Positions 41,878 to 51,328 of a DNA stretch of 64,000 nucleotides are shown piece after piece (the first letter of the stretch is position 1; each line of letters opens with the position of its first letter). A program made the translations under genes and the position numbers. The DNA is from an uncultured Actinomycetota bacterium. Its GTDB lineage: Bacteria; Actinomycetota; Actinomycetes; JAHEKZ01. The stretch spans positions 768,001 to 832,000 of the forward strand of contig CAVQYR010000002.1 in assembly GCA_963718235.1 (NCBI GenBank). Direction: 5' to 3'. Below the pieces are notes generated by a model. That model saw only the letters and a program-made list of their open reading frames with translations. It was not told the DNA's origin and made no database searches.

Positions 41878-42702
41878 ATGGATCCTGAGTCCCAGTCCCA
41901 GTCCCAGCCAGGGAGCGTCGGTTCCGCGGGGGCGCGGCTGCCCGCCCTGTTCCTGAGTCACGGAGCCCCGCCCCTCGTCGACGACGACCGCTGGACCGGC
42001 GAGCTGCGCGCCTGGGCGGCTGCGCTGCCGACGCCCCGCGCGATCCTGGTCGTGTCCGCGCACTGGGAGTCCGCCCCGCTGGCGCTGGGTGCCACCCAAC
42101 CCACGCCGCTGACGTACGACTTCTGGGGCTTCGACGCGCGCTTCTACGAGGTGAAGTACCCCGCCCCGGGTGCGCCCGAGCTCGCCGACCGGGTTGAGGC
42201 CCTGATGCCGCGCGACCAGACGGTCGTGCGACAGCCCGCCCGGGGCCTCGACCACGGTGCCTACGTCCCCTTGACCGTGATGTACCCCGACGCCGCGATC
42301 CCCGTGCTGCAGCTGTCGCTGCCGACGCTCGACCCGGCCACCCTGCTGGCGCTGGGGGGCAGGCTGCGCCCGTTGCGCGACGAGGGGGTGCTCATCATGG
42401 GGTCGGGTTTCACCACGCACGGGCTGCCCTACCTGAGCGACTTCCACCCCGACGCCGCGGCCCCTGGGTGGTCCCAGGAGTTCGACGCGTGGACCCAGGA
42501 GTGCCTGTCCGCGGGTGACGTCGACTCGCTCGTCGACTTCCGGGCCCGGGCGCCGGGGATGCCCTACGCGCACCCCAGGATCGAGCACTTCAGCCCCCTG
42601 TTCGTGACCCTGGGTGCCGCCACCGCGCCGGACGCGGCGCCAGAACAGGTGGTCGACGGGTTCTGGATGGGCCTGGCCAAGCGGTCGATCCAGGTCGCCT
42701 GA
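41878..42702 (+). CDS. Class III extradiol dioxygenase (DODA/YgiD-like)
   Basis: LSHGAP, SAHWE, YDFWGF, LDHGAYVP, GSGFTTH, AHPRIEHF. Confidence 0.9.
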   Translation: MDPESQSQSQPGSVGSAGARLPALFLSHGAPPLVDDDRWTGELRAWAAALPTPRAILVVSAHWESAPLALGATQPTPLTYDFWGFDARFYEVKYPAPGAPELADRVEALMPRDQTVVRQPARGLDHGAYVPLTVMYPDAAIPVLQLSLPTLDPATLLALGGRLRPLRDEGVLIMGSGFTTHGLPYLSDFHPDAAAPGWSQEFDAWTQECLSAGDVDSLVDFRARAPGMPYAHPRIEHFSPLFVTLGAATAPDAAPEQVVDGFWMGLAKRSIQVA

Positions 42703-42727
42703 CTCCGTCCCACCAGGGCCGACGTCG

Positions 42728-42741
42728 GATTGGATACAATC
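42728..42741. promoter_or_regulatory. Candidate GntR operator upstream of the CoA-transferase
   Basis: GATTGGATACAATC near-palindrome overlapping a TACAAT -10; matches 45793. Confidence 0.65.
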
Positions 42742-42773
42742 TCCGAATCACTGGCACCTGATCGGGGACCCGC

Positions 42774-43940
42774 ATGACGCTCGCACCGCCCGGTGCTCTG
42801 GACGGCATCGTCGTCGCCGACTTCTCCCGGGTGCTGGCCGGCCCCTACGCCACGATGCTCCTGGCCGACCTGGGTGCCGACGTGATCAAGGTGGAGCGGC
42901 CCGGGGCGGGTGACGACACCCGCGCCTGGGGCCCGCCCTGGCACGACGACCAGGCCACGTACTTCCTGTCGGTCAACCGCAACAAGCGCTCGGCGACCCT
43001 CGACCTGCGTGACCCGGCCGGCTTGCTCGCCGCACGCACCCTCGCCCGGCGTGCTGACGTGCTCGTCGAGAACTTCAAGCCCGGCGCGTTCGACGCCATG
43101 GGGCTGGGCTATGACGACCTGAGGGTGGACAACCCCGGACTCGTCTACGCCTCGATCACCGGCTTCGGAACGGCCGGGGGCGCCGACCTCCCCGGGTACG
43201 ACCTGCTCGTCCAGGCCGTGGGGGGCCTGATGTCGATCACCGGCTCCCGCCCCGACGAGCCGGTGAAGGTCGGGGTCGCCCTGGTCGACGTCGTCACCGG
43301 GCTGCACGCCGCCGTCGGCATCCTGGCCGCGCTGCGGCACCGCGAGCGGACCGGTCACGGGCAACGGGTCGAGGTCAACCTTCTGTCGTCGCTGCTGTCG
43401 GCCCTCGTCAACCAGTCCTCCGCCTACGCCGCTGCCGGCTCGGTGCCGGCGATCATGGGCAACCGCCACCCGAGCATCGCTCCGTACGAGTCCTACCCCA
43501 CGGCCGACAAGCCGTTCGTGATCGCGGTCGGCAACGACGGGCAGTTCCGCCGGGCGATGAAGGTGCTCGGCCTGAGCGGGCTGGCCGACGACGAGCGCTA
43601 CGCCACGAACCCGCAGCGGGTGGCCCACCGCGACGCACTGCACGACCTGATGTGCGCGCGGCTGCGCACGCGGGGCGCTGACGAGTGGTTCGCGGCGCTG
43701 AGCGCGGTGGGCGTGCCCTGCGGCCCGATCAACGACCTGGCGGGCGCGTTCGACCTGGCCGCCCAGCTGGGCCTGGCCCCGGTGGCCGACGCCGACGGAG
43801 TCCCGACGGTGGCCAACCCGCTGACCCTCAGCGAGACGCCACCGTCCTACCGTCGACGTCCCCCTCGGCTGGGCGGGGCCACCGACGACGTGCTGGCCGA
43901 GCTCGGCCTGTCCGACACCGGGTCGGGGGTGCCAGCGTGA
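42774..43940 (+). CDS. CaiB/BaiF family III CoA-transferase (glutarate CoA-transferase-like)
   Basis: VLAGPYATMLLADLGADVIKVE, NRNKRS, ENFKPG, GYD. Confidence 0.9.
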   Translation: MTLAPPGALDGIVVADFSRVLAGPYATMLLADLGADVIKVERPGAGDDTRAWGPPWHDDQATYFLSVNRNKRSATLDLRDPAGLLAARTLARRADVLVENFKPGAFDAMGLGYDDLRVDNPGLVYASITGFGTAGGADLPGYDLLVQAVGGLMSITGSRPDEPVKVGVALVDVVTGLHAAVGILAALRHRERTGHGQRVEVNLLSSLLSALVNQSSAYAAAGSVPAIMGNRHPSIAPYESYPTADKPFVIAVGNDGQFRRAMKVLGLSGLADDERYATNPQRVAHRDALHDLMCARLRTRGADEWFAALSAVGVPCGPINDLAGAFDLAAQLGLAPVADADGVPTVANPLTLSETPPSYRRRPPRLGGATDDVLAELGLSDTGSGVPA

Positions 43941-44590
43941 GCACGACCTTCCGGCGACCACCCACGGCCCAGGAGGCGGTCCTCGCCGAGGTCCGCCGGG
44001 CGATCGTCACCGGTGAGCTCAAGCCGGGGGAGCAGGTGCTCCAGGACGCCCTCGCGGAACGGTTTGGCGTGTCACGGGTGCCGCTGCGCGAGGCCCTGAA
44101 GATCCTCGAGGGCGAGGGCCAGGTCGTCTACCAGCCGCACCGTGGCTACTTCGTGGCCGAGCTCGACGTCGCCGACCTGCGCGAGGTCTACCGGATTCGT
44201 GACCTGCTGGAGTCGGAGGCCGTCCGGGTCGCCGTCCCGTCGGTCACCGCGGGGGACATCGAACGCCTCATCGACGCGGCGGCCGACGTCGACGCCGCGT
44301 CGGCGACCGGCGACCTCGTCGCGATGACCGAGGCGAACCGACGCTTCCACTTCACGATCATCGAGGCGGCGGGGATGCCCCGTCTGGCCCGGCTGGTGCG
44401 CATCCTGTGGGACGCCACCGACGCCTATCGGGCGCTCTACTACAGCGAGGCAGCGCACCGGGCCCACGTGCACGAGGAGCACCATGCCGTGGTCGACGCG
44501 ATCCGTCGCGGGGACACCGAGGCGGCCGTCCAGCTGCTGCGCACTCACCGAGAGCGCGCCGTCGAGGCGGTCGCCGCCGTGCTGGGGTGA
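43937..44590 (+). CDS. GntR family regulator (FCD domain)
   Basis: LKPGEQV..FGVSRVPLREAL, NRRFH, EHH; GTGA overlap. Confidence 0.92.
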   Translation: MSTTFRRPPTAQEAVLAEVRRAIVTGELKPGEQVLQDALAERFGVSRVPLREALKILEGEGQVVYQPHRGYFVAELDVADLREVYRIRDLLESEAVRVAVPSVTAGDIERLIDAAADVDAASATGDLVAMTEANRRFHFTIIEAAGMPRLARLVRILWDATDAYRALYYSEAAHRAHVHEEHHAVVDAIRRGDTEAAVQLLRTHRERAVEAVAAVLG

Positions 44591-44591
44591 C

Positions 44592-45758
44592 CTAGCGGTA
44601 AGCCGACTCCCCGGTGAGCGCCTGTCCGACGACGAGGGAGTGGATCTCCTCGGTGCCCTCGTAGGTGAGCACCGACTCGAGGTTGTTCGCGTGCCGGAGC
44701 ACCGGGTACTCCAGCGTGACCCCGTTGGCGCCCAGGATCGTGCGTGACGTCCGGGCGATCTCGATCGCCTCGCGAACGTTGTTCAGCTTGCCCACGCTGA
44801 TCATCTCCGGCCTGATCGCGTGGTCGTCCTTGAGCCGGCCGAGGTGCAGCGCGAGCAGGAAGGCCTTGTCCAGCTCGAGGGTCATGTCGGCCAGCTTCTT
44901 CTGGGTCAGCTGGAAGCCGGCGATCGGCCGGTCGAACTGGACTCGCCCCATCGAGTAGTCGATCGCGGTCTCCAGGCAGTCCCTCGCGGCGCCCACCACA
45001 CCGAACACGATCCCGAACCGGGCCTCGGACAGCGCGGACAAGGGGCCCTTGAGCCCCCGGGCGTCGGGGAACGCGGCGTCGGCGGGGAGGCGCACGTTGT
45101 CGAGCACGAGCTCGCTGGTGACCGACGCGCGCAAGCTGAGCTTGCTCTTGATCGCCGGTGCGGAGAACCCCGGGACGTCGGTCGGCACGACGAACCCACG
45201 GATGCCGTCGTCGGTCTGGGCCCACACGACCGCGACGTCAGCCACCGAGCCGTTGGTGATCCACATCTTGGTGCCGTTGAGAACCCAGTCGTCGCCGTCG
45301 CGCTGGGCGTGGGTGCGCATGCCCGACGGGTTGGAGCCGAAGTCGGGCTCGGTCAGCCCGAAGCAACCGATGGTGTCGCCGGCGGCCATGCCCGGCAGCC
45401 ACTGCTGCTTGTGCTCCTCGCTGCCCCAGCGCCAGATCGAGAACATCGCCAGCGACCCCTGGACACTGACCAGCGAGCGGATGCCGGAGTCGACGGCCTC
45501 CAGCTCCAGGCAGGCCAGGCCGTAGGCGACCGCAGACGTACCAGCACAGCCGTAGCCCTCCAGGTGCATCCCCAGCAGGCCGAGCGCGCCGAGCTCCTTG
45601 GCCAGGTCGCGAGCGGGGATCTGCCCGGACTCGAACCACTCGGCGATGTGTGGACGCAGCTTGTCGTCGCCGTACTGGCGCACGGTGTCGCGGATCAGCC
45701 GCTCCTCCTCCGACAGCAGGGTGTCCAGGGCGAGCAGGTCCATCGGACGGACAGGCAT
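44592..45758 (-). CDS. Acyl-CoA dehydrogenase, glutaryl-CoA dehydrogenase-like
   Basis: DSGIRSLVSVQGSL, FGLTEPDFGSNP, KMWITNG, TYEGT; GGAGA SD before ATG 45758. Confidence 0.88.
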   Translation of the reverse strand: MPVRPMDLLALDTLLSEEERLIRDTVRQYGDDKLRPHIAEWFESGQIPARDLAKELGALGLLGMHLEGYGCAGTSAVAYGLACLELEAVDSGIRSLVSVQGSLAMFSIWRWGSEEHKQQWLPGMAAGDTIGCFGLTEPDFGSNPSGMRTHAQRDGDDWVLNGTKMWITNGSVADVAVVWAQTDDGIRGFVVPTDVPGFSAPAIKSKLSLRASVTSELVLDNVRLPADAAFPDARGLKGPLSALSEARFGIVFGVVGAARDCLETAIDYSMGRVQFDRPIAGFQLTQKKLADMTLELDKAFLLALHLGRLKDDHAIRPEMISVGKLNNVREAIEIARTSRTILGANGVTLEYPVLRHANNLESVLTYEGTEEIHSLVVGQALTGESAYR

Positions 45759-45792
45759 GACGTCTCCAGGCGGGGCGGATCGGGGGACAGGC

Positions 45793-45806
45793 GATTGGAT
45801 CCAATA
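45793..45806. promoter_or_regulatory. Candidate GntR operator in the divergent promoter
   Basis: Perfect palindrome ATTGGATCCAAT at 45794-45805. Confidence 0.65.
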
Positions 45807-45854
45807 TATGACCCACCCGCTGTCGGTCACAACCCCGAGCCGTAGGGTCGGCGG

Positions 45855-47135
45855 ATGGGTGTTCTGGTCCGCGAGTACCACGACGACGACCTCGAGGGCG
45901 TCGTCCACCTGTGGGACGCCACCGAGCCGCTCGGCCAGGGTTCGGTGTTCACCGTCGCCGAGGGCATCGCCGCTCTGCGCGCCAACGAGCCGGCCGTGGT
46001 CGCCGTCTCGGCTGGGCGGATCGTGGGCATGGCCCTGGCCGAGGTCAGTGGCGAGCGGGCCTGGGTCCTGCGCCTCGCGGTCGACCCGGGACGCCGCGGC
46101 GAGGGACTCGTGAGCGCCCTGCTGCGCGAGCTGGAGCGCCTGCTGGTCGACGAGCACGTGCGGCGGATCGGCTACGTGCTGCCGGAGGAGGAGCTCCTGT
46201 CCGAGGGGCTGGTGAAGGCGGGGTACCAACGGCTTCCGGCGGTGGCCTACTTCGAGAAGGTCGAGGCCCTCGGTCCCGGCGAGGCCTCGGTGCTCAGCGG
46301 CCTGGGCGGGCGGATGCTCCCCTCGGACCTGTGGGCCCGGGTGGCCGGCATGCGCACCGAGAAGGAGCTGATCGAGCGGCGGGTGATCCTCCCGCTGGCC
46401 GAGCCGGAGAGGGCAGCGGCGCACGGCGTCGTCCCCCCGCGGGCGATCGTGCTGTTCGGGCCCCCCGGAACCGGCAAGACGACCTTCGCCCGCGGGATCG
46501 CCTCGCACCTGGGGTGGCCGTTCGTGGAGATCTTCCCGTCTCGGCTGGCCGCCGAACCCGGCGGTCTCTCGTCGGCCCTGCGCGACATGTTCGCCCAGAT
46601 CGGCGACCTCGAGCGGGTCGTGGTCTTCATGGACGAGGTGGAGGAGATCGCGTCACTGCGCGACGGCGTGCCCAGCTCGGCCGCGCACGGCGTGACCAAC
46701 GAGCTGCTGAAGCTCATCCCTCAGTTCCGCGAGCGGGACACCCGACTGCTGGTCGCGGCGACCAACTCCGTCCGGTCGCTCGACTCGGCGTTTCTCCGGC
46801 CCGGACGCTTCGACTACGTCATCCCCGTCGGCCCACCGGACGCCGACGCGAGGCGAGCCCTGTGGACCGCCTACACGCAAGGCCTGGGGAGCAGCGTCGA
46901 CATCGAGGCGCTGGTGAGGGCCAGCGAGGGGCTCACCCCCGCCGACATCGAGCACGCGGCACGGGTGGCCGCGCAGGCGTCGTTCGAGCGCGAGCTGGTC
47001 GACGGTGTCGGCGACGACGAACCAGGAGCATCGACCGTCGACTACCTCGAGGCGATCGGGCAGGCGCGACCGACGGTCACCGAAGCGATGGTGCAGGAGT
47101 TCAACGAGGACATCGACGCGTTCGCGCGGCTGTGA
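45855..47135 (+). CDS. GNAT acetyltransferase - AAA+ ATPase fusion
   Basis: LAVDPGRRGEGLV; GPPGTGKT, VFMDEVE, ATN..LDSAFLRPGRFD. Confidence 0.88.
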   Translation: MGVLVREYHDDDLEGVVHLWDATEPLGQGSVFTVAEGIAALRANEPAVVAVSAGRIVGMALAEVSGERAWVLRLAVDPGRRGEGLVSALLRELERLLVDEHVRRIGYVLPEEELLSEGLVKAGYQRLPAVAYFEKVEALGPGEASVLSGLGGRMLPSDLWARVAGMRTEKELIERRVILPLAEPERAAAHGVVPPRAIVLFGPPGTGKTTFARGIASHLGWPFVEIFPSRLAAEPGGLSSALRDMFAQIGDLERVVVFMDEVEEIASLRDGVPSSAAHGVTNELLKLIPQFRERDTRLLVAATNSVRSLDSAFLRPGRFDYVIPVGPPDADARRALWTAYTQGLGSSVDIEALVRASEGLTPADIEHAARVAAQASFERELVDGVGDDEPGASTVDYLEAIGQARPTVTEAMVQEFNEDIDAFARL

Positions 47136-47154
47136 CTTCCCTCTTCTCGCGCGG

Positions 47155-47517
47155 TTACTTGGCGATCACGTAGAACTTGCGGACCGGCTCGAGGATGTCC
47201 CAGCGGCCGCTCCACCCCTTGGGCAGGGTCAGCACGTCGCCGGCAGTGAGCTCGCGGCTGCTGCCGTCAGCATTGGTGAGGCGGGCCCGCCCGGCCATGA
47301 TCCGCACCGTCTCGGTGTCGGGGCGGTTCTCGATCGACCAGCCCCCGGGAGTGCAGGCCCAGACGCCGACCTGGACGCCGTCGGCGTCGTGCATGATCCG
47401 CCCGGACATCACCGGCTCGCCGACATCGGCTCCGACCCGCGGCCCCCAGTCCTCCAGCGGACCGTCCAGGTCGGCGTCAGTGGCAGCCAGGAACAGGGGA
47501 GAGGTGGTGACGTCCAT
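47155..47517 (-). CDS. DUF861/EutQ-like cupin
   Basis: GVWACTPG, E...I..G, PKGWSGRW..RKFY. Confidence 0.85.
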   Translation of the reverse strand: MDVTTSPLFLAATDADLDGPLEDWGPRVGADVGEPVMSGRIMHDADGVQVGVWACTPGGWSIENRPDTETVRIMAGRARLTNADGSSRELTAGDVLTLPKGWSGRWDILEPVRKFYVIAK

Positions 47518-47670
47518 CGGAGCTCCTCGGGCTTTCGCGGGCTTGGTGCCGACCGGCTGGTGGGCTCGGTCTTCGCGGGATCAGGCAGTGGTTCACGCAG
47601 TGGCCCAGCATACCCGTGACGGGGAGTGACAAGATGCCTCGTCCGCGCGTCGTCGTTGATGGAGGAGCCC

Positions 47671-48987
47671 ATGTCCGACCGTCCGCTCACGGTCTTGTTC
47701 CTGCCGGAGTCGGCCTTCGGCCCGACCAACCAGTGCATCGGCGTCGGCGACGTGCTGCGTCGTCGTGGGCACCGGGTCGTGTTCGCGGCCGAGGCATCGT
47801 GGCGGGGCAAGCTGGAGCCCCACGGCTTCGAGGAGGAGCTCGTGCACCTCGCGGCACCTCCGGCCGACGACGAGCCCGACCAGGACGTCGGCCAGTTCTG
47901 GAAGGACTTCATCCGTGAGACGTCTCCGGAGTTCCGCAAGCCCACGGTCGACCAGCTCGCCACGTTCATCCAACCGACCTTCCAGGCCTTGATCGACGGC
48001 GCCAAGTACTGCGAGCCGCAGCTGAAGGAGATCGTCGAGCGGGTGCGACCCGACGTGGTGGTCGAGGACAACGTCGTCGCTTTTCCGGCGCTGCTCACCT
48101 CCGGTGGAGCGTACGTGCGGATCGTGTCGTGCAACCCGTTGGAGGTGAAGGGTCCTGGTGTTGCGCCGACGTTCTCGGGCCTGCCGGCCGACGACGACTC
48201 GCAGTGGGCGGCGTTTCGGGCGGAGTACGACCGCACGCACCGCGCGATGTGGGAGGACTTCAACACCTGGGTGCAGGAGCAAGGAGCACCGCCGCTGCCC
48301 GAGCTCGAGTTCATGCACGTCAGCCAGGCGGTCAACCTGTACGTGTATCCCGAGGAGATCGACTACACCGACGCCCGACCGCTCGACGACACGTGGCACC
48401 GGATCGACTCCAGCGTGCGCACCACCGACGAGGCGTTCGAGCTTCCCGACCAGCTGCGCGACCGTCCACCCGGCAGCGCCCTGGTGTACCTGTCCCTGGG
48501 CTCGCTCGGCAGCGCCGACGTCGACCTGATGAAGCGGCTCGTGGCCATCCTGGCGACCACCCCGCACCGCTACGTCGTGAGCAAGGGGCCGCAGCACGAC
48601 CAGTACGAGCTCGCCGACAACATGTGGGGGGCGGAGTTCCTGCCCCAGACCCAGGTGATCCCCCTGGTCGACCTGGTGATCACCCACGGCGGCAACAACA
48701 CGACCACCGAGGCACTCCACTTCGGCAAGCCGATGGTGGTGCTCCCGCTCTTCTGGGACCAGTACGACAACGCCCAGCGGGTCGACGAGACCGGGTACGG
48801 CGTCCGCCTGCCCACCTACGACTTCACCGACGACGAGCTGTCCGGTGCGGTCGACCGACTGCTCGGTGACCGGCAGCTGCGTCAGCGGATGGCGCAGCTG
48901 GGTGAGTCGATCCGGGCGCGGCGAGGGGTCGAGAAGGCCGCGCAGCTCATCGAGTCGGTCGGATCCGCCGGCTCCCGGGAGTCGTGA
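47671..48987 (+). CDS. GT1 (MGT/UGT-like) glycosyltransferase
   Basis: RGHRVVF, YLSLGS, FLPQ..THGGNNTTTEAL..P.FWDQ..NA; GGAGGAG SD. Confidence 0.9.
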   Translation: MSDRPLTVLFLPESAFGPTNQCIGVGDVLRRRGHRVVFAAEASWRGKLEPHGFEEELVHLAAPPADDEPDQDVGQFWKDFIRETSPEFRKPTVDQLATFIQPTFQALIDGAKYCEPQLKEIVERVRPDVVVEDNVVAFPALLTSGGAYVRIVSCNPLEVKGPGVAPTFSGLPADDDSQWAAFRAEYDRTHRAMWEDFNTWVQEQGAPPLPELEFMHVSQAVNLYVYPEEIDYTDARPLDDTWHRIDSSVRTTDEAFELPDQLRDRPPGSALVYLSLGSLGSADVDLMKRLVAILATTPHRYVVSKGPQHDQYELADNMWGAEFLPQTQVIPLVDLVITHGGNNTTTEALHFGKPMVVLPLFWDQYDNAQRVDETGYGVRLPTYDFTDDELSGAVDRLLGDRQLRQRMAQLGESIRARRGVEKAAQLIESVGSAGSRES

Positions 48988-50339
48988 TCGACCCCGCTGC
49001 GCTTGCGCAGCAGGTGGCGCGGCTGGCGCCGCGCGTGCTGCTTCCCGACCGGGCCGGCACGACGACCACAGAGGTGGGCGCCCTGGTCCTGGTCGACCAG
49101 CTCGTGCTGGGAGACGAGCTGGTCGTGCTCCTGGTCAGGGACAGCATCGGCCGACTCCTGGTCGCCCCGGCTCTCGTGACGCCCTCCGGTCCCCGGCGGG
49201 CCCGGGTCGGCGACGGCGTCAGCGAGGCCCTCCTGCGGCTGCTCGTCGGCCGACCCGGTGAGCACGGCCGTTTCGTGCTGCAGCGGCTGCACGGTCGGTC
49301 GGTCGGCGGCGAACGGGCGATGGGGGTCGACCAGACGAACGAGTCGGTGGTCGTCGGTGAGACGGCCGTCGTCAAGTGGCTGTACCGGGTGAGCGGCGAG
49401 CACCCGGCTCCGGGCCGGTTGTCGCTGCTTGACCGGGCCGGGTTCTCGGCGATCCCCCAACCCTGGGGGTTCGTGTTCTGGCGCGACGACGCCGGCCGCC
49501 ACGTGCTGCTGGCGACCGTCGACGAGTACCTGGGCGACGCGACCAACGGCTGGACCTGGGGTGTCGACGACGTGCGGCGCCTGGGCCGCGGCGAGCTGAC
49601 CCTCGCCGAGGCCGCGGCACCGGCGTCGACGGTGGGCGAGATGGTCGGGGCCATGCACATCGCCTTCGCCACCGCCGGGGTCGCCCGGGCCGGCGCAGCG
49701 CAGTGCGAGCGATGGCGACAACAGGCTGACGCCGCGCTCGCCGCAGCCCTGGACGAGGTCGACGGAGCCGAGGGTGAGCGCCTGCGTGCTCGGGCAGACG
49801 ACATCGCGGACCGGCTGCGAGCCTGGTCGCGGATCGACGACCCCACGGTGATCCCCGTGCACGGGGACCTGCACGTCGGCCAGATCCTCAGGTACCGCAC
49901 GACCGACGGTGCGGAGGCTTACGCCGTCACCGACTTCGACGGGAACCCGGTGCTGGAGTCCGCCGAGCGGACCGCGGCGCAGCCGGCCGCCCGTGACGTC
50001 GCCGGCTACCTCCAGGCCCTGGACCACGTCGGGCGGATCGTCGTCAGGCGTACGGAGGGGGTCGACCTTCGGGTCGTGGACGACTGGATCGAGGCGGCTC
50101 AACAGGCCTTCCTGGACGCGTACCGGTCACGGCTCGAGCAAGCGGGTGCGGAGGTTCTGCTGCAGGAGGAGCTCCTGGACCCGATGCGGGTCGAGCAGGA
50201 GTGTCGGGAGCTCCTGTACGCCGTGCGCTACGACCCGACCTGGCGCTACGTGCCCGACGCCGCCATGGCAGCCTTGCTGGCCACGTCCGCCGGGCCGGCT
50301 GGCTCATCGGTGCCTGCGGCCCCGACCGAGGAGAGCTGA
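48984..50339 (+). CDS. Maltokinase/APH-fold kinase, actinobacterial glucosamine kinase-like
   Basis: DQTNESVVV, VVKW, HGDLHVGQ, DFDG, RDVAG; GTGA overlap with the GT. Confidence 0.8.
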   Translation: MIDPAALAQQVARLAPRVLLPDRAGTTTTEVGALVLVDQLVLGDELVVLLVRDSIGRLLVAPALVTPSGPRRARVGDGVSEALLRLLVGRPGEHGRFVLQRLHGRSVGGERAMGVDQTNESVVVGETAVVKWLYRVSGEHPAPGRLSLLDRAGFSAIPQPWGFVFWRDDAGRHVLLATVDEYLGDATNGWTWGVDDVRRLGRGELTLAEAAAPASTVGEMVGAMHIAFATAGVARAGAAQCERWRQQADAALAAALDEVDGAEGERLRARADDIADRLRAWSRIDDPTVIPVHGDLHVGQILRYRTTDGAEAYAVTDFDGNPVLESAERTAAQPAARDVAGYLQALDHVGRIVVRRTEGVDLRVVDDWIEAAQQAFLDAYRSRLEQAGAEVLLQEELLDPMRVEQECRELLYAVRYDPTWRYVPDAAMAALLATSAGPAGSSVPAAPTEES

Positions 50340-51319
50340 TGGACCCGAAGCGATTCCTCGACGACCTGGAGGCCAAGCCGCAGGCGCTGGGCTCCCTGTC
50401 CGCCAGCATCGCCGGGGCCGACCCCTGGCGCGAGGCGATCGAGCGGGCCGGTCAGCCGGCCAAGCGCATCCTGTTCCTGGGGATGGGTTCGTCGACGTTC
50501 GCGGCGGGAGTGGCGGCAGCGAGGCTGCGCGCGTCGGGTCGGTACGCCGTGGCCGAGCTGGCCAGCTCAGCGCTGCTCCCACCGCCGAGTCCCGGCACGC
50601 TCGTTGTCGCGGTGTCGGCGTCCGGTGGCTCGACCGAGACCGTCGCCGCAGCACAGCGCTACGCCGGGCGGGTTCCGCTGGTGGCGCTGACGAACAGCGA
50701 GAGCAGCGTGCTGGCCGGTCTCGCCGACGTCACCGTGGCGATGGGGGCAGGCCCGGAGACCGGTGGCGTCGCATGCCGGTCCTTCCAGCACACCCTCGTA
50801 CTGCTCCTCGCCCTCGAGCGGGCCCTCGGCGCGACCGGACCGGACCTGGCCGCGACGGTTCGACGGTCCGCCGAGGCCACCGACGACCTCTTGTCCCGGC
50901 GTTCGGAGTGGCTGGAGCGCACCACCGACCTCCTGGCCGGACCCGCCGGCACCTTCGCCGTGGCGCCCGCTGCCCGGCTGAGCAGTGCCCAGCAGTCCGC
51001 ACTGATGGTCCGTGAGGGACCACGCCGTCCAGCGGTCGCCTCGGAGACGGGGGAGTGGAGCCACGTCGACGTCTACCTGACCAAGACCCTGGACTACCGC
51101 ATGCTGCTGTTCCCCGGCTCGGCCCACGACGCAGAGCTGCTGCGCTGGACCACCGAGCGCGAGGCGACGGTGGTGACGGTGGGCCGCGCGGTCCCGCAGG
51201 CGACGGCGTCGGTGCGGTTCCGCCATGACGACGACGACCTGGTCCGCCTCGTCAGCGACGTGCTCGTCGCCGAGCTGGTCGCGCAGCGGCTGTGGGCGCA
51301 GGGCCGGTCGACCCCGTAG
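50339..51319 (+). CDS. Double SIS-domain sugar-phosphate isomerase/deaminase (no glutaminase domain)
   Basis: GMGSS, SASGGSTET, LTN, E.P...ETGEWSH; TGATG overlap. Confidence 0.85.
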   Translation: MDPKRFLDDLEAKPQALGSLSASIAGADPWREAIERAGQPAKRILFLGMGSSTFAAGVAAARLRASGRYAVAELASSALLPPPSPGTLVVAVSASGGSTETVAAAQRYAGRVPLVALTNSESSVLAGLADVTVAMGAGPETGGVACRSFQHTLVLLLALERALGATGPDLAATVRRSAEATDDLLSRRSEWLERTTDLLAGPAGTFAVAPAARLSSAQQSALMVREGPRRPAVASETGEWSHVDVYLTKTLDYRMLLFPGSAHDAELLRWTTEREATVVTVGRAVPQATASVRFRHDDDDLVRLVSDVLVAELVAQRLWAQGRSTP

Positions 51320-51328
51320 CGGCTGCGA

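Noticed and set aside
44592-46508. 638-aa acyl-CoA dehydrogenase with an N-terminal extension
   Set aside because: The extension is antisense to the GNAT-AAA gene; the SD supports ATG 45758
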